Assembly (NCBI GenBank): GCA_050298055.1
Contig: JBNKTL010000015.1
Coordinates: 1-64,000 of the forward strand
Source: Spirochaetota bacterium
GTDB taxonomy: Bacteria > Spirochaetota > UBA4802 > UBA5550
Direction: 5' to 3'
Length of the DNA stretch: 64,000 bases
The notes under the pieces are model-generated. The model worked only from the letters and a program-made list of their open reading frames with translations, did not search any database and had not been told where the DNA came from. The translations under genes and the position numbers were made by a program. The number at the start of each line of letters is the position of its first letter. Positions within the stretch are counted from its first letter, which is position 1. Of this stretch, positions 10,767 through 21,441 are shown piece by piece.

Positions 10767-11018
10767 TGCAACACCTGTTTTCTCTCATTAGATTTCAGCG
10801 ATTATATGCCAGATAGTGTTCTTCTCCCGCATGTGAAAGGGAAAGAGTACCTGGTTTAAATCCTTTACCGGGACTTCTCTCCAGTGATATTATGTCACAA
10901 AGGTAACACGGTAAAAATTTTTGTCACTAAAATTATCGGTTATATCCGCATTTTCTTATAGTATAAAAGCAGGGCCAGGAATATTAAAAAAAAATTATAA
11001 AAAATTTATACTATTGTC

Positions 11019-11046
11019 TTGACTTTCCTTTATATTTAGTTATCTT
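11019..11046 (+). promoter_or_regulatory. Possible sigma70-type promoter for the cyclase operon
   Basis: TTGACT-16 nt-TATCTT in AT-rich intergenic DNA upstream of 11182. Confidence 0.3.
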
Positions 11047-11181
11047 ATTTGAAAGAGATTTTTCGTATCCTCCTATGTAGGTGAACCTGTATTTAGAGGG
11101 AAAGAGATTTACCTTCATTTATAATAGACACAATTATGTTACTTTCTCGAGATTTTTATAAATTTTTTATGAGAGCTGTTT

Positions 11182-12870
11182 ATGGTTGATAAAAAAGTCA
11201 ATAATACCCGCGTTATCTCAGTCAAATTTAAGATAGTACTGGTCTTCTCAATCCTGATCCTGCTGTCAAATCTTTCATCAAACTATACAAACCTGATCTT
11301 CAACAGGTCAGAGCTTCTGAAACTGATGAACCAGCTCCTTACAAAGGACCTCAAGAGTATCTATACATTCAGCAACAACCAGTTTCATATCTATGAGTTT
11401 GATAAAAAGCTTGAGACTGCCCTGGAGAGCATTGAGAGAAAGGGCCTCCATGAAATGAAAAACAAAAAGGCGGTTGTTCTCGGTGTTAAACCTGACGGTG
11501 AGATTCTCTTTCAGGCTTCGCAGATCAAAAAACATAAGAGGTTTGAAGATACGGACAGTCTCAAGGAGATGAAGACAAAGCTGAAGGAGGCGGATAAGGG
11601 GAACGAGGGGCACCTCTATTTTGATTTTAACGATGAGAGTTATTTTGGCATATACAAGTATAATGCAAACTGGGATGTGTTTATTGTAAGGGCGGAAGAA
11701 GTTAACGACTTTTACAGGAAATCCAGGACCATTTTCCGGAATATCAGCATAATGATCATCGGTTTTACCATCATTATTGCTGCAATCGGTGTATTTTTAC
11801 TCAGGTTTATCCTCAGGTATATAGACATTATGACTAAGTCTATCATGCGAATGGTAAGGAGCCAGGAGCTTGAACTTATCAACATGGACGGGGCCACAAA
11901 CGATGATATCACATACCTGGGGATAGCATTCAACTCTCTCTCAAGTACTATCGATAATCTCATCGGTATCTTCCGAAAATTTGCCAACAAGGATGTTGTT
12001 GTTAAGGCCTACAGGGAGAGAGAAGTAAAGCTGGAAGGGACAAAGAAAGAGCTCACGATTCTCTTTACGGATATTAAGAGCTTTACCTTTATTACAGAGA
12101 CCCTTGGAAACGATATCATCAAACTCCTGAACATGCACTACGACAGGGCGATCAGGGAGATAGATAATCTTGACGGTGTTATCGGGGCGATCATAGGGGA
12201 TGCCCTGCTGGCTGTTTTCGGTGCAGTTGAGGATTCTCCCGGTAATAAATCGTACCAGTCGGTTATGGCTGCTTACAAAGTTCACGAGGTCACTGAGTCG
12301 TTGAAAAACAGGATGACGCGTATCAAGGAGAAGATTGAGAAGGAAAAAGGTAAGTTTACCAAGGAAGAGAATGATGTCTTCAAAGCAGTGCTCCTGGAAA
12401 TTGGCGTTGGTATTGACGGAGGTGAGGTCTTCTACGGGACCCTTGGTTCATATGTGAGGATGACCAGTACCGTAATAGGCGATACGGTGAATGCAGCCTC
12501 CCGTCTTGAAGGGCTCACACGTTTTTATAAAGTTCCCGTAATTTGTTCGGAATATATTAAGAATGATATTGAGGACAACATTGATGATCACGGTATCTAT
12601 TTTCTTGAAATAGATACCGTTCTGGTCAAGGGTAAAACAAAGGGAAAGAAGATATACTGGGCAATGAAGGAAGATGATATTGATGATAAGATGAAGAAAA
12701 ATATCTCTGCTTTCAAATCAGGACTCGCACTCTATTACGAAGGTGACTGGAAAGCGGCAAACAGTAAGTTTAAACGCTGCAGCCTGACGGTTGCAAAGAT
12801 ATTCAAAGAAAGGACCAGCGGCAGCTGTCCGAGAAACTGGAATGGCGTATGGCAAATGGAAACAAAATAG
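11182..12870 (+). CDS. Membrane-bound class III adenylate/guanylate cyclase
   Basis: Two TM segments, HAMP-like linker, TILFTDIKSFT, IGDALLAVFG, IGVGI, TVIGDTVNAASRLEGL. Confidence 0.92.
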   Translation: MVDKKVNNTRVISVKFKIVLVFSILILLSNLSSNYTNLIFNRSELLKLMNQLLTKDLKSIYTFSNNQFHIYEFDKKLETALESIERKGLHEMKNKKAVVLGVKPDGEILFQASQIKKHKRFEDTDSLKEMKTKLKEADKGNEGHLYFDFNDESYFGIYKYNANWDVFIVRAEEVNDFYRKSRTIFRNISIMIIGFTIIIAAIGVFLLRFILRYIDIMTKSIMRMVRSQELELINMDGATNDDITYLGIAFNSLSSTIDNLIGIFRKFANKDVVVKAYREREVKLEGTKKELTILFTDIKSFTFITETLGNDIIKLLNMHYDRAIREIDNLDGVIGAIIGDALLAVFGAVEDSPGNKSYQSVMAAYKVHEVTESLKNRMTRIKEKIEKEKGKFTKEENDVFKAVLLEIGVGIDGGEVFYGTLGSYVRMTSTVIGDTVNAASRLEGLTRFYKVPVICSEYIKNDIEDNIDDHGIYFLEIDTVLVKGKTKGKKIYWAMKEDDIDDKMKKNISAFKSGLALYYEGDWKAANSKFKRCSLTVAKIFKERTSGSCPRNWNGVWQMETK

Positions 12871-14171
12871 GAAAGGACCTTATTGAACAGACCAAAGCGA
12901 AATTTCTTCCCGAGGAGATCCTTGACGAGGAGAAACAGGTTTCGCTCTACTCCCTGGATGAAGAATTTGCGAAAACAAGGAAAAACAGGAACATCACGCT
13001 GTGGCTTACCATTCTTGTTTTTATTGGTGTAATATTTGCAGGAACGTATTTTCTTACCATGTACCTTGAGGAGCGGGATAAAAAAATTGAGGTCAATATC
13101 AGTGAATTTGATGATCTGAGGCTCAAGGATGTCCTGGATTCCGCCCGGAAAAAAAGTGATAACGCGGATATTGTGGCTATCCAACTTGATATTCTCGAAA
13201 TTGCAATGCTGGATGAGATCCTGGCATCACGAAACAGGCACTATAGAAGAGAACTTGAAATACTTGCCAGGGACCTTCCGGATAATGAAACGGACAGCAA
13301 TCTTGCCAGGATCCGCGGTGAAGAGAAGAAGGACGTCATAAGGATCAGGAGAAAGTACGGAAGGTTTATCAGGAATAAACAGAGAGAACTGAATGCTCTG
13401 CTGAAAAAACAGAGGGAGGAACAGGCCAGGATTGAGAAAGAGAATGCCCTGTCTAACGAGGACAGGCTCTATGCCATGCGGACCAAACATCTTAAAAATC
13501 AGCAGAAAAAAGGGACCAGGCTCTTAAAGGGGTATCTTCGCAGGTACACCCTCTATGTAAAGCGGAAGTATGACCCGGTTTTCAGTTCCGGAAGGATAAA
13601 CAGCATTATAAAATCAAGTACCAATAAAAGCCGGAGAGAAGACCCGGCCTTTTACGAGAACTACAATAAGCTCCTCTCCAGTAACCGGCCGCTGAGCCAG
13701 AAGTCTTTCAGGGGACTTCAAAAGAAGGTAAAGGAATATGACCTGGTCATAAAGAGGCTCAGGAGAATTCCTTATGACAACTCAGTGAATCCTTCACTTG
13801 ACCAGGTGGATTATCTTACCAAGTCGATCATCTATGACTATGAACGCCAGATAAGACAGAGAGACCAGGAACTCAGCAACTTCAGGTATGCTATGAACTA
13901 CATACTCAACCTGAGGCCTGAAAACGGTTATATCATCGACGCGAGAAATCCTGAATTAATTAAATTTCACATGTTCAGGGCCCTCAGGGTCGCGGACGGT
14001 GAAACAGCCATGGTCTTCAGGAATGAAGATGAGTACATAGGAAAGATCCAGTTTGTGAAGAAACCTTACGGTATACGGGCCAGGGTCATTGCCGCTGAAG
14101 GCAATAAGAAGATACAGCCTTTTGATAAAATACTACTTGAACTCAAAGAAATGAAGAAGGAGAAACCATGA
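12849..14171 (+). CDS. Hypothetical single-pass membrane coiled-coil protein
   Basis: 440-aa ORF overlapping the cyclase stop; one TM helix, long charged helical region, beta-rich C-terminus. Confidence 0.7.
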   Translation: MANGNKIGKDLIEQTKAKFLPEEILDEEKQVSLYSLDEEFAKTRKNRNITLWLTILVFIGVIFAGTYFLTMYLEERDKKIEVNISEFDDLRLKDVLDSARKKSDNADIVAIQLDILEIAMLDEILASRNRHYRRELEILARDLPDNETDSNLARIRGEEKKDVIRIRRKYGRFIRNKQRELNALLKKQREEQARIEKENALSNEDRLYAMRTKHLKNQQKKGTRLLKGYLRRYTLYVKRKYDPVFSSGRINSIIKSSTNKSRREDPAFYENYNKLLSSNRPLSQKSFRGLQKKVKEYDLVIKRLRRIPYDNSVNPSLDQVDYLTKSIIYDYERQIRQRDQELSNFRYAMNYILNLRPENGYIIDARNPELIKFHMFRALRVADGETAMVFRNEDEYIGKIQFVKKPYGIRARVIAAEGNKKIQPFDKILLELKEMKKEKP

Positions 14172-14971
14172 AAAGAGCAGCAGCAATATTTATCATTCTC
14201 TTTACAACATCTGCCCTGTATGCTTACGACTGGGAATCAAAGGGAATTAAAGTCATCAGTTCTGAGACCAGGAACGGTGAGACCGTACAGAAGCTGAGCA
14301 CGCAGGAAGGTGCAGAGTTCACTCTCAGGTTTAAAACAGAGATCGATGACGTCATGGCTGATCTTATTATCAAACTCAATACCGAGTTCCGCAAGTGGGA
14401 GAACATGAAGGTCAAAAGCCTTGAGTTTGTAAAGGCAGAGGGCAAGCTTGATATTATCGTAATCCCCGAATCATATACCTATAATAACACAGACTTTATC
14501 CCTAACATGCCCGCGGGGATGCTCTTCACATACGATGAGATGCTCTCCTATAATTTCAGGATCACCGTTGAAAACATGTTTATCAGGATAAGCGGAAAGT
14601 TCTTTAACGAGAAGATGTTCTCTGATAAGATGACAAAGGCCATAAAGGACCCCATCTCCTATCTCACAATGTACAATCCGAAATATATGCTGAAGCAGAT
14701 TTTCGAACATCAGAAGAAGATCGATGAACTCACTGAAAAATATAATAAGCTGATTAACGCGGTCATGACCCTCCATAATACCGGTTTTCTCGGGTTTGGC
14801 GTAAACGAGATCAATAAGGACCTGGTGAAACGGGTTATTGAACTCAAAATAGACAATCCCACAATGACAAAGGAACAGATAGAAAAGAAGCTCAAGGAAG
14901 AGAAGATTGAGGCGAAAAGCTACGAGGTCTTTCTTATCCTCAGTGTCTATTTTAATGAATTTAAAAAATAG
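14168..14971 (+). CDS. Hypothetical exported protein
   Basis: Signal peptide MKRAAAIFIILFTTSALYA; ATGA overlap with the upstream gene; AGGAG RBS. Confidence 0.75.
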   Translation: MKRAAAIFIILFTTSALYAYDWESKGIKVISSETRNGETVQKLSTQEGAEFTLRFKTEIDDVMADLIIKLNTEFRKWENMKVKSLEFVKAEGKLDIIVIPESYTYNNTDFIPNMPAGMLFTYDEMLSYNFRITVENMFIRISGKFFNEKMFSDKMTKAIKDPISYLTMYNPKYMLKQIFEHQKKIDELTEKYNKLINAVMTLHNTGFLGFGVNEINKDLVKRVIELKIDNPTMTKEQIEKKLKEEKIEAKSYEVFLILSVYFNEFKK

Positions 14972-15005
14972 GGAAGCCCATATTAATTAATATAGCGGTT
15001 CCCTT

Positions 15006-15048
15006 TTGGGTACATATTAAGGTAAAACCGATTTATTGATGTACCCAA
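15006..15048. terminator. Stem-loop downstream of the cyclase operon
   Basis: TTGGGTACAT...ATGTACCCAA 10-bp inverted repeat 35 nt after the stop. Confidence 0.3.
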
Positions 15049-15258
15049 TAGTAATGTTACGGAGGGGTGTAAGAGGGATACCCCCTTTTAATTTTTTTAT
15101 AGTTTCTATGAATTAAAGTATTCTTGTCAATGACCGGAACAGTGGCTATGGCAGGGAACCTGTCATGGTTTCTTGCGGCAATTTCTTCCCATTGATATAC
15201 AGGAAGTTTTTCCTGCTGTGAGAAAACCGCGAAGTATGTTTCCTGAAATTTTAAATAT

Positions 15259-15972
15259 ATGTTTTTTTATATGAGAGATTTTTTTACATTTCTTTTGATT
15301 TCATTTCTCATTGTATTCCCCAATTATATTTTATATGCTGAGGAAGATATTAAAATTGAGAAAAGAAAAGAGAGCAGCTCCACTGAAAAACCTGATCATA
15401 ATAAATGGGACCTCTATACTGGAATAATCCTCGGAACAAACTATACGGCGAATTCCCAGTATAATGCAAAGGGTGGATTTTCACCCCATGTGTTATTACT
15501 TGTCGAATATCCTTTCTTTAAAATGAGTTCTGTTGCTCTGGAATTTGGCTATTTACAGAGGAGATGGGAAATTACCGGCCGGAACAATGAATCCATCGAT
15601 GTGACTACTGACTTTTTTAACATGCAGGTGAATTTGCGTCATCGATTTGAAATTGATCCTGTCCGGCCCTATCTAATTTTTGGTCTTTTTCTGGATACCT
15701 GTTTGAGCGGCAACTTTAACTCAGGAGGTCATGAGTATGATTATGCAGGCGATGAATATATTGACAGGGTGATTTTCGGTATGGTCTGGGGTATAGGCAG
15801 TGAGTACAGTTTTGATAAACGGGGCGATATATTTTTTGAAATCGGATTGTTAATGCCTTTCGGTGATCCGCTTTTGAAAAAAAGCAATGCTGTTTTTGAA
15901 CAGAAAAGGGGTTATTATAAGGATTTTCTTTTTAAAGTTGGGTATAAGTATAATATTGGCGGCCTTTTCTAA
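15259..15972 (+). CDS. Outer-membrane beta-barrel (porin-family-like) protein
   Basis: Signal peptide, alternating amphipathic strands, C-terminal FLFKVGYKY. Confidence 0.7.
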   Translation: MFFYMRDFFTFLLISFLIVFPNYILYAEEDIKIEKRKESSSTEKPDHNKWDLYTGIILGTNYTANSQYNAKGGFSPHVLLLVEYPFFKMSSVALEFGYLQRRWEITGRNNESIDVTTDFFNMQVNLRHRFEIDPVRPYLIFGLFLDTCLSGNFNSGGHEYDYAGDEYIDRVIFGMVWGIGSEYSFDKRGDIFFEIGLLMPFGDPLLKKSNAVFEQKRGYYKDFLFKVGYKYNIGGLF

Positions 15973-16046
15973 AGTTTTTTTCAAATTATTCCGAAGTATT
16001 AATGGGGATATTTGCATTTTTGTGAATTTCCGGAGGTAGGAGTAAT

Positions 16047-18824
16047 ATGTGCAGGCTGTACAGTAAATTGATAATTATCATTATTGTCGTAAAAGGTATT
16101 TTTCTTTTAACCGGATGCGCAGGCGGTTCCGGTGAACCATCAGATAAAACTCCCCCTACACCGGGTAATAACGGTTTAATTAATACAGGAAATGTATCAA
16201 AAACAGCTCTCACATTGAAATGGGAAAAAGCTGTAGATGATCTGAGTTCACAGGATGCTTTAGAGTATTGTATCTATCAATCGGAAAACGAAAATATCGA
16301 TACATTGTCCAACGCTGAATCCAATGGGACAAAGCTTGTAGACTGGACAACCGATATCAGTTCTTATGATGTTCTCGGTCTGGCAGACAACACAGATTAC
16401 TATTACAATATTGTTGTAAGAGATGAAGGAGGGACAAAAGCAATCTACTCCATGGTTTCCGCAAAAACCGTAGAAGATCTTTCCCTGCCTTTAGATAACG
16501 GCATTTTAACTCTGCACCAGGGGACAACCCGGAAATATAACATACAATTTGGAAGAGGGATCACATCCCTTGACGTTAACGGTGACGGGTACAGCGACTT
16601 TCTCGTAGGTGCTCCCAACAGTGATCAAATAAATGGAAATTTAGGTGCAGTCTATGTTTATTATGGAAACTCTTCCGGTACATTTTCCCCTGAACCTGAC
16701 AGGCTTATTGAGCCTCCCGTGACAACAGGTTCAATTCTCTTTGGATACAGCCTTGCGGTTATGGATTTTAACGATGATGGAAATCCGGACCTGCTCATTG
16801 GCGCTCCCGGTGATGACAGCGGGGGAACAGATGGCGGAGCAGTCTATCTCTATTACGGTTCAGGATCCGGCGGGATCGGTTCAAGTCCCGGTTTGAAAAT
16901 TGCCGATCAGGGTGACGGCATTGCGAATTATTTCGGGACGTCCCTTGCAGTTGGAGATGTTGACGGGAACGGCAGAAAGGACCTTCTTGTGGGGGCCGGT
17001 TATGATGACGCGTCGGCAACGAATGGCGGGGCTGTCTATTTATTCCTGAACGGCACAACCACCGCGAATTACACATTTACACTGGCAGGCGCGGCTAACA
17101 ATGATTACCTTGGATTTGGCTGCGCAATTGTTGATATTAATGGAGATGGCGAGAACGATGTGGTTGTGGGAATTCCCTATAGAAATATTGGTATGACCGA
17201 TAATGGCGCGGTCTATGCCTATTACAATGACGGTGGGGGCACTTTTCTGAATCCCGATACCCCTGATTATACCCTTGCCGGGCCCTGGAACAGCGCGTAT
17301 GATTATTTCGGATATACCGTTACAAACCTGGATGTTAATAATGACGGTAAAGATGACCTGGTTGTGGGCATCTATTCTGAAGATGTTACTGCTGTAAATG
17401 CGGGAATGATTGTAATTTATTCTGATTTTGACGATAACCCGGGTCACACAACGGCGGATGTTGTCATAGAGCATCCCGATTACTTAACCGGGTCCGTTGC
17501 GTATACTTACTTTGGTTCCGGAATAGGCGTCGGTGATTATAACAATGATGGCAGAAATGATCTCCTGGCAGGGGCCATCTATAACAACACCAGCGGCAGT
17601 TACGCGGGAAGCGCTTATGGATTTACCACAGAGGGTTCATGGATCAACACGACTCCCACAACAACCATAGATAACACTCTTTCCACACAGGCCGCGGAAT
17701 CTTACTTCGGATCGTCGGTCGCGTGCGGTGATCTCAATGATGATGGAGTGGATGATCTTGTTGTGGGTGTTCCCTATTCCGACGCGCTTTATGGAAATGA
17801 TGAGGGTGCCGTCATGATCTACTGGGGACTTTCATCGGGAACGATTATGCCTGAACCGGACCTGGTGATCTTTCCCCTGGGGACCGAAGCGGACCGTCTC
17901 TTTGGCTGGTCTGTACATATAATGGACATTAATAATGACGGTGAAAATGATCTGCTTGTTGGTGCCCCCGGTGATAATTTAAGCGGCACCGATAAAGGGG
18001 CTGTCTATGTCTATTACGGCACAGCGGGGGCGAAAATTGATACATCACTGGACAGGATAATATCAGACCCGGGGGATGCTTCGGCGAATTATTTTGGTAC
18101 GGCGATCACCTCAGGTGATTTAAACGGGGATAGTTATCCGGACCTGGTAATATCCGCCGCATATGACGACGACAATGGTACCAACAGCGGTACTGTTTAT
18201 ATCTGGAGATCAAATACTTCAAACGGTGATATCGACCTGTCATCGGGGCCGTCACAGGAGATCAACGATCTGAACCCGGGGGCAAATCACTATTTCGGGA
18301 CATCGCTGGCGGTCTATAACGTCAACCCGGATGTTGATTCATTTAAGGATCTTCTTGTGGGTTCTATTGGTGATGATACAACCGGAACAGACGCGGGGAT
18401 TGTTCACGTTGTCTATGGAGACGGGACCGATACGGACATGAATACGGGAGCAACCGGCAGTATTGGCGATAAAGGTGATAACGCCTATAATTATTTCGGT
18501 TCGGCCATGGTTGTTGCAAATTTTAACAACGACTCGGTCCCTGATCTGGCCATCGGCGGAGAGAGAAATGATGATCCGGTAACCGATACAGGTATTGTTT
18601 ACTTATGGTATGGGTCTGCCAGTACAGATATAACAGGGGTCTTTCCCGATTTAACCATCAGGAGTTACTCATCCGATTACTATAACTACTTCGGTTCCGC
18701 GCTGGGCGCCGTTGATATTAATCATGATGGAGTCACGGACCTCGTTATCGGGGCACGGGGATCATACGACCCCTATTACAGGGCGGGTATTGTTTATATA
18801 GAAACGGATCTTTCCCGGTACTGA
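16047..18824 (+). CDS. Lipoprotein with an FN3 domain and 12 FG-GAP (integrin-alpha-like) repeats
   Basis: LLTGC lipobox; FN3 (LTLKWEKA.D...Y...GL..NT.YYY.I.VRD); 12 FG.S....D.N.DG..DL.VGAP repeats. Confidence 0.9.
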   Translation: MCRLYSKLIIIIIVVKGIFLLTGCAGGSGEPSDKTPPTPGNNGLINTGNVSKTALTLKWEKAVDDLSSQDALEYCIYQSENENIDTLSNAESNGTKLVDWTTDISSYDVLGLADNTDYYYNIVVRDEGGTKAIYSMVSAKTVEDLSLPLDNGILTLHQGTTRKYNIQFGRGITSLDVNGDGYSDFLVGAPNSDQINGNLGAVYVYYGNSSGTFSPEPDRLIEPPVTTGSILFGYSLAVMDFNDDGNPDLLIGAPGDDSGGTDGGAVYLYYGSGSGGIGSSPGLKIADQGDGIANYFGTSLAVGDVDGNGRKDLLVGAGYDDASATNGGAVYLFLNGTTTANYTFTLAGAANNDYLGFGCAIVDINGDGENDVVVGIPYRNIGMTDNGAVYAYYNDGGGTFLNPDTPDYTLAGPWNSAYDYFGYTVTNLDVNNDGKDDLVVGIYSEDVTAVNAGMIVIYSDFDDNPGHTTADVVIEHPDYLTGSVAYTYFGSGIGVGDYNNDGRNDLLAGAIYNNTSGSYAGSAYGFTTEGSWINTTPTTTIDNTLSTQAAESYFGSSVACGDLNDDGVDDLVVGVPYSDALYGNDEGAVMIYWGLSSGTIMPEPDLVIFPLGTEADRLFGWSVHIMDINNDGENDLLVGAPGDNLSGTDKGAVYVYYGTAGAKIDTSLDRIISDPGDASANYFGTAITSGDLNGDSYPDLVISAAYDDDNGTNSGTVYIWRSNTSNGDIDLSSGPSQEINDLNPGANHYFGTSLAVYNVNPDVDSFKDLLVGSIGDDTTGTDAGIVHVVYGDGTDTDMNTGATGSIGDKGDNAYNYFGSAMVVANFNNDSVPDLAIGGERNDDPVTDTGIVYLWYGSASTDITGVFPDLTIRSYSSDYYNYFGSALGAVDINHDGVTDLVIGARGSYDPYYRAGIVYIETDLSRY

Positions 18825-19019
18825 TTTTTTATCCATCCTCATCCTGCCAAAACTCTTTCCCGGGATTCCGGGAAATCAACTTCTTCTGGGTATTATAACC
18901 TGAAAAACAGGCAAATTATTGCATTTCAGTAATTTTATTAGTTGCCAGCCCGCGAGAGATTCTGTAGAGAACAGATATACAGGTTATCTCTGATATTATT
19001 TTAATTATACGAGGAATAT

Positions 19020-21236
19020 ATGGATATTGAGAAAATGCAGGTTCATGAACTTATCGACCGGGCGCTTTATGCGTCACTGCGTAAGAGATGGGACGAAGCA
19101 CTGGAGTTTGCCCGGGCCGCCCTGGAGAAGGAACCGGAAAATTATCTCGCCCACAAACGCCTGGGGATCGCCCTCTGGTACCTCGAGAGACAGGAGGAAG
19201 CAATTACCTCCCTGAATAGATCCGTTGAGCTGAACCCGGAATTTGCCAGTGCCTACTACAACCTTGCCTGCTTTTACGCTCAAAGCGGTGAGAAAAAGGA
19301 TATGCTGGAGAACCTGAGTAAGGCCATTGAACTGGACAGGTATACCGATTACCGGGAGATGGCCGATGAGGACGGGGATTTCGATCCCTTCCGGGATGAT
19401 GAGGACTTTACTGCTCTTGTGGAATCGGAGAGAAAACAGGGCACTGCCCTTCAGGAGATCTTTGATACCGGTGACTTTGAAGCAATATCCTCCGCTCTCC
19501 TGAAGGTGGGGAATGAGATACCCCTGGAAGCCGTTGACTGGAAAGAGAGGAGGAAAGGGGCCAATATCGTTAAGCTTCTTGAAAATGAAGCTGAAAAGAT
19601 AAGCAGAGAAGCCCTGGAGCATCTCTTTAAAACTGTTTTAAACAATCCTCTGATTAATGATCTCTACGGCTTCTGGGAATTACTAAAGGCCCTCCAGGGA
19701 AAGATGGGGAAAGAATTTGACGTTTTCCTCATTGAGGAATGGAAGAACCGGTACGCCTATACGGACCCGGGGCACCTTACGAGAATTGACCAGGCACTGC
19801 TTCAAAAGATGGGTGAACTTCCGGCGGAAACCAGCGTGAAGGCAGTGATCCGGGGATTGAAATCCCACGGGAAGGACGCCGTGAAGGATTTTCAGTACCT
19901 CTCTTCATCGCTTTTTGAAAAACTGCCTGAAGCCAGTAGTGAACGCACAGAACTTACAGATATCATTGACACCTGTCTCCATGGAGATCTCTATAAGGAT
20001 GAGGCTCCTGACACCAGGGAGAGGAGGGTGCGGCTGGCCCTGCCGGCGCCAAACCTTGATGTTTCCGGAGACCCCGATGATGACTGGGCCCGGGAGAAGG
20101 CGGCACTGGCGCATTTTCATCCCGACCTTGTTATCAACGCGGCATCACAGATGGCCATACAGAGTAATCATCCTGAGATCGTTGAGTTGGCCAGGGAGAG
20201 TGTTCCGAAACTCTGCGGGTTTGCCGTTGATGAGGGCCTGCCGGTGAACACACGGATCGATGCCATCAAGCTCATAGAGAGTCTTGGGGACGATAGTGTT
20301 GCCCCTCTCCTGGCACCGGCCCTCCGGGACAGGTCATTCCGGCTTCTTGAAGCCCTGGGGGAACTCCTCCACCGGTTCAACAGGGCCCCCGTAGAAGCTA
20401 AAGCCGCCGTTGATTATTTAATTGCCGCTGCTGAAGAACATAAGGACAATTCCGATGAGCTCTATCACATTGTCAGCGCCATCAGGTGGTTCCCGGATGA
20501 GCGGGCAGCAGGGGTCCTGGTATCGCAGTTAAGTAATAGCCGGGAAGCAGTCCGCCGGGAAGCCCTTAAGGGCCTGGGGATACAGAAGGCGGTAAGCGCG
20601 ATACCTGATATGGTAAAACAGCTCCAGGAGGGTGAGGAACAGTGTGTAACCGCCGCTGCCAGGGCCCTTGCTGCCATGGGGGGTGAAGCGGGGAAAGAAC
20701 TGGAGGATGAAGATAACTACAACTCTGTCCTCAAGGAAGCGGAAAGATCTCCCCGGTGGGCCATTGAAGCCCTGAATTACTTTGCTCTGGAAAGGGTGAA
20801 TGACGATCTCCTGAGGCTCTTCAAAACAACAGATGAGTTCGAGGCCTTTGAGCACCTGGCCCGGGGGCTGGCTGAGCGGGCCAGGGAAGAGATCATTCCG
20901 GAACTTGTGGGGCTGGGGCTGGACCGCTACAAGGGAGGAGACCGGGCGGGACGGGATTATCTTACAATTTTACGTTCTATTGCCAGGGCCCATCCTTTGG
21001 GGCCTGATGAAGGTATGATGAAAAAGGTGAAGGAGATACTCTCCCGGGGGAATAAAGAGGATATTCTTGAGTTTGCCGAGAGCATGAAGGATGACGCCAG
21101 GTACGCGGACATGAAAGATCCTTCAAAAGAAGAAGAGGAAGCGGAGAGGAAATACCGGGAGGCGTTTATCGGCTTTATGAAACCGGCTGGCTCAGAAGCA
21201 GAAGCCCTGGCAGAGGCCATGTTCACTGTGGAGTAA
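19020..21236 (+). CDS. TPR plus HEAT-repeat protein
   Basis: N-terminal TPRs ending AYYNLACFYA; C-terminal HEAT/PBS-like repeats (VRREALKGLG, AAARALAAMG); GAGGA RBS. Confidence 0.8.
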   Translation: MDIEKMQVHELIDRALYASLRKRWDEALEFARAALEKEPENYLAHKRLGIALWYLERQEEAITSLNRSVELNPEFASAYYNLACFYAQSGEKKDMLENLSKAIELDRYTDYREMADEDGDFDPFRDDEDFTALVESERKQGTALQEIFDTGDFEAISSALLKVGNEIPLEAVDWKERRKGANIVKLLENEAEKISREALEHLFKTVLNNPLINDLYGFWELLKALQGKMGKEFDVFLIEEWKNRYAYTDPGHLTRIDQALLQKMGELPAETSVKAVIRGLKSHGKDAVKDFQYLSSSLFEKLPEASSERTELTDIIDTCLHGDLYKDEAPDTRERRVRLALPAPNLDVSGDPDDDWAREKAALAHFHPDLVINAASQMAIQSNHPEIVELARESVPKLCGFAVDEGLPVNTRIDAIKLIESLGDDSVAPLLAPALRDRSFRLLEALGELLHRFNRAPVEAKAAVDYLIAAAEEHKDNSDELYHIVSAIRWFPDERAAGVLVSQLSNSREAVRREALKGLGIQKAVSAIPDMVKQLQEGEEQCVTAAARALAAMGGEAGKELEDEDNYNSVLKEAERSPRWAIEALNYFALERVNDDLLRLFKTTDEFEAFEHLARGLAERAREEIIPELVGLGLDRYKGGDRAGRDYLTILRSIARAHPLGPDEGMMKKVKEILSRGNKEDILEFAESMKDDARYADMKDPSKEEEEAERKYREAFIGFMKPAGSEAEALAEAMFTVE

Positions 21237-21249
21237 AAAGTCAGCCGGC
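21178..21249. repeat. Left island-boundary direct repeat (HEAT gene 3' end plus a tRNA-3'-like fragment)
   Basis: tgaaaccgg...ccctggcagaggccatgtt..tgtggagtaaaaagtcagccggc matches 32290-32356 imperfectly. Confidence 0.8.
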
Positions 21250-21253
21250 TGGA

Positions 21254-21335
21254 GCTCTTTAAGGAAAACAGCTTTTCCGGTGTGAAGCTCATTGAACCCG
21301 GAAAATGGGATGGCTTTGCCGGGGAGAAAGAATAG
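21254..21335 (+). pseudogene. 3' remnant of an Imm11-like gene (copy 1)
   Basis: Translates LFKENSFSGVKLIEPGKWDGFAGEKE*, similar to array C-termini (e.g. LTGVRLVPAEGW, LEGIRLRNTRDYDGF); imperfectly repeated at 22006. Confidence 0.6.
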
Positions 21336-21441
21336 TTGTGTCATGTACCTGTATGATAGATGTTGCACAAATATTTTATTTGAAGAGTTAACAGATACAG
21401 CGGAATTTTTAAACTATAGGAATCTTAAACAGGAGATAACA

